Assembly: GCF_947568905.1 (NCBI RefSeq)
Contig: NC_079164.1
Location: 81,716,001 to 81,780,000 of the forward strand
Length of the DNA stretch: 64,000 bases
DNA from: Ostrea edulis
Taxonomy: Eukaryota
Direction of reading: 5' to 3'
Part shown: positions 26,642 through 37,424 of the stretch, piece by piece
How the letters are laid out: each line of letters begins with the position of its first letter
Position numbering within the stretch: the first letter of the stretch is position 1
Notes under the pieces: model-generated
The model's input: the letters and a program-made list of their open reading frames with translations, nothing else
Told to the model about the DNA's origin: nothing
Databases searched by the model: none
Program-made: the position numbers and the translations under genes

Positions 26642-28164
26642 TTTTTGAGATGAGGATTTTCACTTTGATAAGATTTATTTTTAAAAATATATCTTATATA
26701 ATGATTGTGGAATTATATATCCGCCGTCAAGTATAAATCTTTTTTTTATATATATTCACACAGTGTATAACAATGATATATATGAGATCATTTAGTAAAT
26801 GGCATATGTTAATGTTTTCATCTTAATTTGCATGCCATGCTAAAATGATCTAACACAGAGGAACTATTTTTGTTTCATAATTATACATTAATAGCATTCC
26901 TCGTACACAGTGTTATATGTTACATCATTGCTCAATAAATCCATTGAAATACATTTCGGTCTTGTTAGTGTAATTTACACCTTGTAAATCTCTATCTATG
27001 CTTATTTGTTTTGTTGTTAACATGTTATCTCACTTGGCCGTTGACTTTCAGATTTCGCTGTCTCTTGAGGCCATAACCAGCTGTAGATTCTAAACCATTA
27101 ATTTAGTCTGAATAATGAATGGAAACTGATATCATTTATACAATGGTCTAATGTCCTTCTAGAGTACTTCATTCAAGAGCTTGGTTGCTGTTTGGTATAT
27201 TGTTTTCATTCTTATCCGATCAAACTTGCATCACAAAATGGCAAAATATTGTGCAAAAAAGTACATATCATATAATAACTGATGAATATATAATTAATAT
27301 ATAATAATTAATTAAGAAAAGTTAACTACGGACACGACACAGTCCAGGCGTATAGTAGTTATTTTTTAAATACATGCATAGGTACATGGTATTCAGAAAA
27401 ATCTATATAATCATATTCAGTAAAATGTATGTGATAGTATTGAGAAAAATGTATGTATTGGTATTCAGAAAAAAGGATGCATTGTGGTATTCAGAAAAAG
27501 GGACGTAGTGGTATTCAGAAGAAAAAAGCAGGTAGTGGTAGTGAGGAAAATGTCTGGAGTGGCATTAATAAAAATGAATGTATTTAGAGGGGGTCCGACT
27601 CCTTTTGTGACCAAAAATTTAAAACGTATAAGACTTGACATTTTACATAAAAACAAGTGCATAAAGATAAACAGTTGTTACTTGATTTTATTATGTATAA
27701 AGTATAGCTAGAATGACCCATAAAAGTAACATAAAAAGCTTCAAAACCCTGGAACCCCTACCCCCACCCTCGACCCTCAGCCGAGAGTCCCTGTCTCTTT
27801 TAATAAATTTTGGATCCACCACTGCTGAGACGCTTGACGGATTTACAGTCTAAGAAGTGCATTCACATTAAATTGATTTTGATTGGATAATACTTTATCT
27901 AATATGACTCTCTAATAAATGAAGGATATAAAGTTAAATTTTTACTGTATGTAATGTGTCTGTTGAACGATTCAATATTAATGGCACCACTTGGTAAATG
28001 AGATGAAGTTTGGTGATCAGCTTTAACGGTCCCCGTTACAATGAGAACTGACTGAAAATGTTTTAAGACGCTGTAAATTTCAAGACGTCTTGTTTTTGTC
28101 TCATACTTAATACAGAAAGAGAAATATTCTTATTTATTTCGGGGTGAAAATGTCACAGATCAGG

Positions 28165-28391
28165 GTCACATTCTTGGCACACTGATTTTTAACTGCGGAT
28201 TACTCTGTTTACTTGATCAATATATAGGGCTCACGACGGGTGTGACCGGTCGATAGGGAATGCTTACTCCTCCTAGAGGCACCTGATCCCACGTCTGGTA
28301 TATCCAGAAGTCCGTGTTTGCCCAACTCTCTATTTTGTATTGCTTATAGGAGTTATGAGATTGATCACTGTTCGTTATCTCCACCTTTCAT
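28165..28391 (+). mobile_element. Penelope-like 3' fragment
   Basis: Shared 3' block ending GTTATCTCCACCTTTCAT. Confidence 0.7.
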
Positions 28392-28804
28392 GTATAGATC
28401 AAAGGACATTTCAACCTTACGTTGATGTCAATTGAATGCCATGTTCTGATGGTATAAATGTGACGTCATATTCCGATATATCATAAATTTTAAAGAGAAA
28501 AAAAAAACCCAAGATGCCCAAGGGCCACATCGCTCGCCTGAGTAACCTTGGCTCTACCGTTGTTCAGCATGTCAGTCAAGTTTTGTTCCCATGAAAATTT
28601 TTGACACCATATTGTGGCCCCAACCTAGCCCCAAAGGATAACGACATAACTGAAAATGATTTCACAAAACACGAATGTGCCTCAACACAAATATGACCTT
28701 CCTGTTCTGGTTTACACAAAGATGACAAGGTCATAATGTGAAATGAATTATCTTGCCATAAGAAATCTATATACAAAATATGAAAGCTCCATCTTAAATA
28801 GTTC

Positions 28805-29187
28805 TGGTGCATCAAAATTGGTACCGTATAAGTTTTATATTATGACCCCTGGGTCGAGGCCTCTGCTGGTGGACTGTTAGTCCCCGAGGGTCTCTACAGC
28901 CCAGTAACTAAGTACTTCGTTACTAGCTTGAAAATACGGATGTATATTTAATTGCTGTTATAAAATTTAGAAATTCATTTCAAAATTAAGGATTATCTCC
29001 CTCACGCATAGCTCTTATCCTTCGACGAATTTGACTCCACGTTTTTGGCACACTGTTTTTCCCTATAATAGCTCTAAAACTTCATTGTTATTTCGGATTT
29101 CAAACATTTCGGTTGAGCATCACTGAAGAGACATAATTTGTCGAATGCGAATCTAGTGCATCAAAATTAGTACCGTATAAGTTTTAC
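28805..29187 (+). mobile_element. Penelope-type terminal repeat / retrozyme-like insertion: 349-nt monomer plus 34-nt terminal redundancy, TSD ATAGTTC
   Basis: TGGTGCATCAAAATTGGTACCGTATAAGTTTT at 28805 is repeated as TAGTGCATCAAAATTAGTACCGTATAAGTTTT at 29154; ATAGTTC at 28798-804 and 29188-194. Confidence 0.75.
29117..29159 (+). ncRNA. Minimal type-I hammerhead ribozyme motif, degenerate copy
   Basis: GCATCA-CTGAAGA-GACA(TAATT)TGTC-GAA-TGCGAA-TC|TAGTGC: CUGANGA core, 4-bp stem II, stem I GCATCA/T(A,G)GTGC. One A of GAAA is missing and the stem III palindrome has a mismatch. Confidence 0.7.
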
Positions 29188-30191
29188 ATAGTTCAGGAGA
29201 TATTGATTAGGTCAGATTTTTTTAAAAGTATGTCAAGGTCACAAGATCAAACATAATTGTATCACAAGGTCATGTCATAAAACATCTATATACAAAATAT
29301 AAAAGTCCTATCTTCAATAGTTCCAAATATTTTGATTGATTATATTTTCTAATTAGTAGGTTAAAGTATAAGGACAAAGTCAAATATCACGCAAGAAATA
29401 AAAGGTCTTCCCATGAGAAATCTCTATACACAATATGAAATATCTACATTAAATAGTTCAGGAGATATTGAAAAGATCAGTTATTTTTTAAAAGTAGGCC
29501 AACTCCAAGGTCAAGGTCACAAGTTCAAACTTCACGGAATAAAAAGATCTAGCCACAAGAAATTTATATACAAAATATGAAAACCCTGCCTTAGATAGTT
29601 CAGGAGCTATTGAATAGGTCAGAGTTTTTAAAAAGTAGGTCAAACTCCAAGGGCAAGGTCACAAGTTCTAACTTCAAGGAATATCAAGGTCTTGTCATAA
29701 TGAATCTATATACAAAATGTGAAAGCTCTACTTAAATAGTTCCAAATATATTAAATAGGTTAAGTTTTCCTAAAAGTAGGTCAAACTTAGAGTTCAAGGT
29801 CACAAAGTCAAAATACATAATGAAAAATGAAATGTTTTGCCATATGAAGTTTACATACAAAATATGAAAGATCTACCTTGAATACTTCAGAAAATATTGA
29901 ATAGGTTATCTTTTTTAAAGTAGGCCAAACTTCCAGATCAAGGTTACAAGAACACACAACATTGCAATACATGGAAGGTCCTTCTGTAAAGAATGTATAT
30001 ACAAGATATACACGCCATAGAATATATAGTACAAGAGATATTTCTAAAGATTTTTTCCTATCTAGCAGCATATGTAAAACTTTGATTCCCTATTGTGGCC
30101 CTACCCTACCCTCCGGGGGTATGATCTGAACAAACTTGAATCTACTTAAAACCAGAAAGCTTTCCGGTAAATCTCCACTCTTATGACTCAG

Positions 30192-30974
30192 TAGCTGCAA
30201 TAATGTAGCCCTATCCAAATTTTTTTTTTATTCTGACGTTTTCGGGATAGGGCTACAATTCCATAGGATCTCCGTAATGGTGCAAAATAATTTTATGAAT
30301 AACCGATAATAAACTCTCTGTATTAGTCCCAAATGTTGTTTACACCAAAAGGAGTACCAACTTTGTGCTCGGGCATGTCTAATAAAGGTGTTTTTCATTA
30401 AATATAATGTACAGCATGCAAAATTCTTCGTCTGCTCCGCCATGCTTGTTATCGCGAGATCTCGTAGGTGGATCTAATGAAAAGCCTAAACATTGACAAT
30501 CAGCGCGAAAATGTAGTTACTCGAGCCACTTCGACAAAGAAAGGAAAATCATATTGTTGCAGAAAGAATTTACACTCTGCTGTTCGGTTTTTAAATTGAT
30601 ATTAAATTCAAACCTTTTCAATACCGACGAAATAGCTTTCGCCTCCATACTTGTCCATTGATGTAAATACTACCTTATATGGCATATGCAAATGACTTGA
30701 CAACCGAAAGTTGAAACTTCAGTACATCAAACATGGCGCACAAATATGAATCGAGAAATTGGAATTTATCGAAATTGTTGAAAACGGTAGAATAGAGCCT
30801 CACAAATCTAAAGTTGCTGGTTGTAAATTTATATATTGACTAAGAAACATAGAATATCATTTTATTTACGTAAAGAAAGTCAGGAAATGTTTAGAATGAG
30901 CGCAAATGTTGCGGGAGTGAATCACTCCCGCATTTGCACCATTACGGAGATCCTAAGGAGTTGTAGCCCTCTCC

Positions 30975-31016
<42 letters not shown>

Positions 31017-31040
31017 GAGAGGGCTACATTATTGCAGCTA
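30192..31040. mobile_element. Non-autonomous DNA transposon with TAG..CTA termini and 9-bp TSD (AcademH-like)
   Basis: TSD ATGACTCAG at 30183-91 and 31041-49. About 100-bp TIRs TAGCTGCAATAATGTAGCCCT..polyT..AGGGCTACAAYTCCWTAGGATCTCCGTAATGGTGCAAA. Confidence 0.75.
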
Positions 31041-31299
31041 ATGACTCAGTGGTTCTTGAGAGGAAAATGTTTAAAGATTTTCCCTATATTATATTTGCAT
31101 GCAAAACTTTGATCCCCTATTGTGAACCCACCCTACCACTGGGGTAATGATTTTAACAAAGTTGAATCTGCCCTGTGTCAGGAAGCTTTCGTGTTAATTT
31201 CAGCTTTTCTGGCCCAGTAGTTCTTGAGAATATTTTTAAATGACTCCACTCGATTTTTGCATTTTCGTGATTATTCCCCCTTTAAATGAGACATGGCCG

Positions 31300-31334
<35 letters not shown>

Positions 31335-32074
31335 AGTGAATTGTACTAAGTTTGGTTGAAATTTGCTCATTGGTTTTGGAGCAGATGATTTTCCTATATA
31401 TATCAGCTGTAAAACTTTGACCCCCCATTGTAGCCCCACCCTCCCAAGGGGGTCATGATCTGAACAAACTTGAATCTATTTTATATCAGGAAGCTTTCGG
31501 GTAAATCTCCACTATTATGGTTCAGTGGTTCTTGAGAGGAATATTTTTTTTTTAAAATTCCCTATATATTTGCATGCAAAACTCCCTATTGTAGCCTACA
31601 CCCTATCCCGGGGGTCATGATTTTAACAAACTTAAATCTGCACTATGTCAGTAAGCTTTCATGTGAATTTAAGCTTTTCTGGCCCAGTGGTTCTTCAGAA
31701 GATTTTTAAATAACCTCACCCTATATTTGCATTTTTGTGATTATCTCCCCCTTTGAAAAGGGAATGGTAATTCATTGAACAAAATTGAATCCCCTTCACC
31801 CAAGAATGATTTGTACGAAGTTTGGTCGAAATTGGCCTAGTGCTTCTGGAGAAGACGTCGAAAATGTGAAAAGTTCACAAGCAGATGGACAGATCACGGA
31901 CAACAGGTGATTAGAAAAGTTCACCTGAGCTTTAAATTCAAGTGAGCTAAAACTGAACGTTTAATCTTGGATATAAATAAAAGTCTTAATATCTGTAGCA
32001 CAGATATTTTTTGTGTTGATAAATTTAAATAATCTGTACAAAATATATCAGAAAATATTAGGAAAATGTTTAAT

Positions 32075-32176
32075 CAATCTGATTAAAACCACATCCTGAG
32101 ATCCGCTCACTTAGATCGCTACACTAGTGTAGCGATCTAAGTGAGCGGATCTCATGATCTGGTTTTAATCAGATTG
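32075..32176. mobile_element. 102-bp spacerless palindromic MITE, CAA..TTG ends, 9-bp TSD ATGTTTAAT
   Basis: Arms pair over 51 bp with 2 mismatches around CTACACT|AGTGTAG; TSD at 32066-74 and 32177-85. Confidence 0.8.
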
Positions 32177-33218
32177 ATGTTTAATTTGTATGGTTGATTC
32201 TTTTTTTATGATGTAACTACTCTTTGTAAATGATAGAAAGTTCTAAAATAACACAGCAACATAAAAAGAACAAGAATAATGTAACTGTCTTTGGAATACA
32301 AGTAAACTTGTATAAATAGCATCATTTTGTTTTGTCTAGCCTTTGTCAGTTGTTTTGAGTTCCACACCGTGAGGTTACCCACGGTCCATAATCCATTATT
32401 AAAAGATATTCCCCGATTACGGATTAACCCTGTTTAAAGTTCGCAACATCGCAAAGAAACCTTAAGTCGCAATGTAGGTCAACTCATTAGGTCGGCGTTA
32501 GCTTATGTTTTCTTACTTTCATGGAGACTAATTCCGACGGAATGTCAAAGACCTCACACCCTAAATTTCCCCCATGAGGACGTAATTTACATATTTCGAT
32601 ACGAATAACTTGGGGCACGTGCAACAACACTCTATTGTTTGTTTAATAATAATTTTTTATGAACAAATATTTTTTTTCCCGTTTTTTTAACTTTGTCGTT
32701 TCCTCTTTTACGTAACTTTGGAAAAATATTTTAAAGACACTTTTCTCCATTTTTGCAGGGAGGCTGAATTAATTAAACAATCAAGCTAAATGTACACATT
32801 TTTATTCTAATTTAATGAGTATGTACAGTGTGCCATTAAGAAATTCCATGCATGTAATAATGGCTTCAGATTTTCGCGAATTTATACCTAGAATTGACAG
32901 TGTTTATGTGCCAACAATTGTCTTAATCATCGAAGAAAAGAGGTTAAATGTCTTTTTATTTTTCAATCGTCTTAGGCTTTATCCATAAAATTCGTGTTCA
33001 ATATTTAAGAACTTAAATCAATAAGAATTATAAACTTTTCAGTGTATTCTACAGTCGTGTTATTTAAGGATTTCACGGATCACTGGACATACGAGCATTT
33101 CATATTAATATTGAAATACCTCCTCTAAAATCCAAGACCATTTTCCTTCCACAGGGTGTTGAGGATAAAAATATCTCCGATGTAATTTTTGAGAAGTAGT
33201 GACATTAAAGCGGACAAC

Positions 33219-34899
33219 ATGTCTCTTCCTTTTGCGATCGTAGTCTTGGCTGTGTGTTCGACAGTGTACGGAAATCCCCAAGGGTGTACCTACGATTCTT
33301 CACAGCTCCTGCACACGTGCAATGCCAGAGCTTGGTCCCTTCCACTGGCCTTTGGTACATTCACACCTCAGCCTCAAAGGATCCTATTGAGGGAAGTGGA
33401 TGGAGAGCTTCCGAATGGCACTCCAAGCGGGCCTACGTTCTCTGGATTCTCCTCCATAAATACGGCAAGTTTTGATTCTAATTACGCCCCAGAACTCATC
33501 ATTAGATGCACTTCCAACGGACAACTTATCATCACCCAAGCTGCTTTTGCTGACATGGGATGGGTAGAGGAACTGACCATTGAAGACTGTGATATTCTCT
33601 CACTTCCTGTTCAAGTATTCAAAAACTTTGGGGACTTGAACCGATTTTCCATCATTGGTGGGTCTGTCGATGCCATGGTTGGAGACAGTTTCACAGGAAT
33701 GAATGTTGATAAAATGAGTACGGTCCCTGACCCTCGAGGAGAGTTTGTGGTCAAGAACAGCCGCCTGGTGTCCGGAGGATTTGCTTTTGGCGCTCTTTTC
33801 TCGCAGGCTAATGCTACGCGCATCATCATTGAAAACGCCAATCTAAAGTCGGTCCAGACTGATATGTTTTACGCTCTTCAGAAGATGACTTACTTGTCTT
33901 TGAGTAACAACCCATTTACATACCTTCCAACGGACCTATTCAAAGGAATCAACTCACTGACAACTGTGGAACTTTATGGCATATCCTGGGCATGTACTTG
34001 TACCAACATTTGGCCCCCAGAGTGGTTAGCAAGCAACAACATCACGATGAACGGAGATGCCGTCTGTGGGTCCCCAACTGCCTACGAAAGTAAGATTTCT
34101 GTGTTCATTCTTCGACAAATTCAACAAACATAGACCATAAACTGTCATATTTACATATTTGGTATATACCTATTTTCAGATGTAAAAATGTCCTATTATG
34201 AGAAGGAACAATGTCCGCAAGATGACGCCTGTGCGAAAGCTGGACAAACAGGTATCTTTAACATAGTTTACAACAAATACTGTGGAATCATTTTAATTCG
34301 TGGGGGCCAATGTTCGTGGTTAAGCAAACTTTTGCTGGTTCGTGGGGACGTAATTTCGTGGGTAAGCGATACGATGTCACTTGGAAAGATAACTTTACTT
34401 GGTTTAAAAAAAATGTTCGAGGACACGTAAATTCGTGGGTAAGAGTGACCCAAGAAACATCAATCCCCCAAGAACAATGATGATACCACAGTATTACAGC
34501 GATATGCACATATTGAGTCTTAATCTTCGAATATAATTCCTATTATGATTGATATAAAATTCACGATCGCATATAAGAATTTTTAAGAGAAGACACTGCT
34601 TGGTATTTAGTCGTTTCACTATTTTTCCTGTGTCCTGAAACCACCGTTGGCTGTTATTTACAGGATTTGTTGTTGGGAGCATTTGTATGACAATTTTGGA
34701 CATCGTTAACTACGCCCTGCTGCTAACCACGTTCATACTATCTCTAGTGGCCTTGGGACTGGTCATCCACACCAAGCGACAAGTAGGTAGCGCCAAGGAC
34801 TCCAAACAGAAAGGCAAACCGGCCGCCAAGGGATCGGCGCTCAGGCGTTCAAGTGCCAGCTGGAATAAAGTCGAAGATGCTCAAAGCGTTCAGTCTTAA
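33219..34899 (+). CDS. LRR transmembrane-family paralog 7, 392 aa; exons 33219-34089, 34180-34251, 34664-34899
   Basis: Signal peptide MSLPFAIVVLAVCSTVYG, NPQGC..HTC, LRRs, WACTCTNIW. Donors A|GTAAGA and G|GTATCT; 72-nt exon NVKMSYYEKEQCPQDDACAKAGQTG; TM; tail ASWNKVEDA; 1179 nt in frame. Confidence 0.9.
34280..34491. mobile_element. Tc1/mariner-type MITE (TA TSD) in intron 2 of paralog 7
   Basis: CTGTGGAATCATT..GATACCACAG flanked by TA; internal TTCGTGG repeats; sibling at 37217-37424. Confidence 0.8.
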
Positions 34900-37216
34900 A
34901 CATTAGAGCGTCTCTTTATGTTATGATTTAATTTTTATTTTTTGCCCAGAGTGCGGGTGGTTTGTAAGCCTGTTTGGCGTCTTTGGTCCGCAGTACTTCG
35001 TTTCTTTTCTTCCTTTATAAGAACCATGTGTAGTTGAATTGTCATGGTGGCACACAAAGTTTTTATTATTGTGTAAATATCTGCACTACTAGTATTTATC
35101 TTGGTTGATATTTTGTCAAGCAAAAACAAATATTCCACTAGTGCCAAAAATATGAGTAGTCAATCATTTATTAACTTTCACTTTTGATAATGTTATTTAC
35201 AAATACAGGGACGTGATTCTGTGATTAACGGCATATTCTTTTGAGATGTTTACTGATTTTTCCCAAAGGCATCATTGAATAAAGTAATACTTGTTTTTCT
35301 ATATTCTTGTACTTGATTCACTCACTGACAACACTGTAAATAAACGGGATTGAGGAACCCATGGGGACGACGTATTGATTTTACAAAAACGAAATGAAGA
35401 AAAAACCAAGTTTATCAGGTGAAAAAAAATCCATTTGTTTGCAAAGCGAAAACTTTCTTGTACATCACTGAAATTCTAACATTTGTTACGATATCTAATA
35501 ACGAGAAGACAAATAGAAGAAATCATACCAACACATTTTTAAATGAGTTATCTCTGAACAATGAACCCCTAATGATGTATAAGAATTGCACAGATTTGTG
35601 CGAAACACTATATCCTAATTTACATTTAGCCTGCGACCCTCCTATGGAAACCGTAATCTTTCCGAATCTACCTTCCCATGCAGCCTCCGTGCGATGACAG
35701 GCTCATGAAATTCATGTCCTCTACAATGTTTCGATTATCGTAATCCCGTAAACATATTGAAGACTATATATACATTTTTACGTAAGATATCTCTACAATT
35801 GTAACGGAAGTCATTTCCTCTTGAACGCGTTGTTGTTCTAAACAATGCGCCTATTAATTTTGATAAATACGTATGGTACTATCGTCTTTATTAGATGTAA
35901 ATTTACACAAGTTCCCCTGAGGGAGGCTCACCTCATATGATCCTCGTATGCACTATAAGTCTGTGATAATCCCAGTACTCCAATGATAGCGTCTGTCTCC
36001 TGCGCCTGCTGCAATCAAACTGTCCCATGCATCCAGGCCGTGTGCTAATCCCGCGCACGGCCTACGTTATCCCGGTGATTAGGCGACTCGTTCCCAGGAC
36101 CACTTGGCCCCTTCTACTACACTCGCTTTGTTTTCTCCGAAAGGACGGGGTCCACAGCCTACGTTGGCATGAACGTGGGAATGACATTTATAAATGGGCG
36201 CCTAACACCCACCCCGGATACACTGCTCGGGGTAAAACTAGGTAAGTAGGAACAAAGTCCGCCAGAAAAGGGTAACAGGGCGCAAGCCACCGTCTATATA
36301 AGATTGGGGAGACAGTTCAGTTAATATCTAGATGGGGAAAGAGTCCAGGGCAACACAGCAACATCTACCTACCACCAAGTACATCCCAAGGGATGCTTAG
36401 TATTCCACGAATCCGGCCCACTCCACCATGTAGTCTGTTGGGTGTCCTGTGGATTGGCCCTCTGCTGATAGAGTCTGGATCTCCCCATCAACGTCCTGCA
36501 GTGCCCAGACCCGTAAGGTTTCTCCTTGATCCCAGACATTCCCAGTTAAGGTATGCACTCGTTTATCAGCATCCTTCCTCTTGACGTTGTTAAGCCGCCG
36601 ATAATTCAGACACCACCTAACGTTCCCATCCTTCTTCCGTATCAGGACTGAATCCGATGCCCCTTCAGACACAGAGGGTTGAATCACTAAGACATCCGGC
36701 ATTTTCTTCAGGTGGTCCTACTCTTCATCGACAAATAATAGGGGGTCCTCCGCATCCTCTCCTTAATGGGGGCCACATCCACAGTGTCGACCTTGTGATC
36801 CAGCGTCGTAAAGTTACCAAAATCAAACTCGCTACGGGCGAACACATCCTGGAAATCATTCAACAAGTCAGCTAGTTGAGCTCTCTGTCCTAACTCAGCT
36901 CCCTTGGAGAGCGTTCCAGACAATCTTGTAAGTATTCTTGCACTTCCCGTGCCTCCCAATTCCCCTCCGGGCTCATCTGCCAGGTAACAAACATTCCTGT
37001 TCAGATAAGGCACAGGAACATGGAGTTCCACTGCCGCTTCCAGTACTCACCCTTCCTGCAACGTCACATCTCGATCCGAGAGGTTCACCAAGCAGATCTG
37101 GGAGGAATTCCCACTAGCACGGTAAATGTGAGGCATCAGTAGAACATCCGACAGCCTCTCGATGCTAGGTACCATTATATAGTCTGCCAACTCCCACTAT
37201 CAAGGTGGAAAGGGTA

Positions 37217-37424
37217 CTGTAGAATCATTTAAATTCGTGGGGGCCAATTTTCGTGAATTGCCGATTTTTTACAGGTTCGTGGGGACGCAATTTCGTGGAT
37301 TTATATATTTGTAAGATTCTTGTATACTAGTTGTTTTTATTCGTTGAGGATGTAAATTCGTGGGTGAGGGGTACTCACGAATTCCACGAAAATTGAGCCA
37401 CCACGAATTCTAATGATTCCACAG
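37217..37424. mobile_element. Tc1/mariner-type MITE (TA TSD) nested in the Gypsy remnant
   Basis: CTGTAGAATCATT..AATGATTCCACAG with TA at 37215-16 and 37425-26. Confidence 0.85.

Larger units (their letters stand above)
28508..31952 (+). mobile_element. Helentron-associated non-autonomous element (HINE-like) with internal satellite arrays and nested insertions
   Basis: 5' box CAAGATGCCCAAGGGCCACATCGCTCGCCTGAG; 3' end ..GATTAGAAAAGTTCACCTGAGCTTTAAATTCAAGTGAGCTAAAA (stem-loop plus A run). About 140-bp degenerate units at 28700-30010 and about 160-170-bp Cg170-like units at 30060-31850. Confidence 0.65.

Noticed and set aside
32400-33200. NF-kB sites upstream of LRR genes
   Set aside because: Only partial matches to GGGRNWYYCC, as expected by chance.
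342-34133. ORF-track starts and ends for the LRR genes (e.g. 1325, 2436, 15753, 33189, and C-termini such as CK*, GNL*, GKSLFSMK*)
   Set aside because: The track uses near-cognate upstream starts and reads into intron 1. ATGs preceding signal peptides and conserved GT-AG sites give better models. Secreted isoforms by intron retention are possible, but nothing here supports them.
2493-34899. Naming the LRR genes as TLR, VLR, SLIT or LRRC orthologues
   Set aside because: There is no TIR, Ig or EGF domain and no GPI-type end; LRR similarity alone does not justify a gene symbol.
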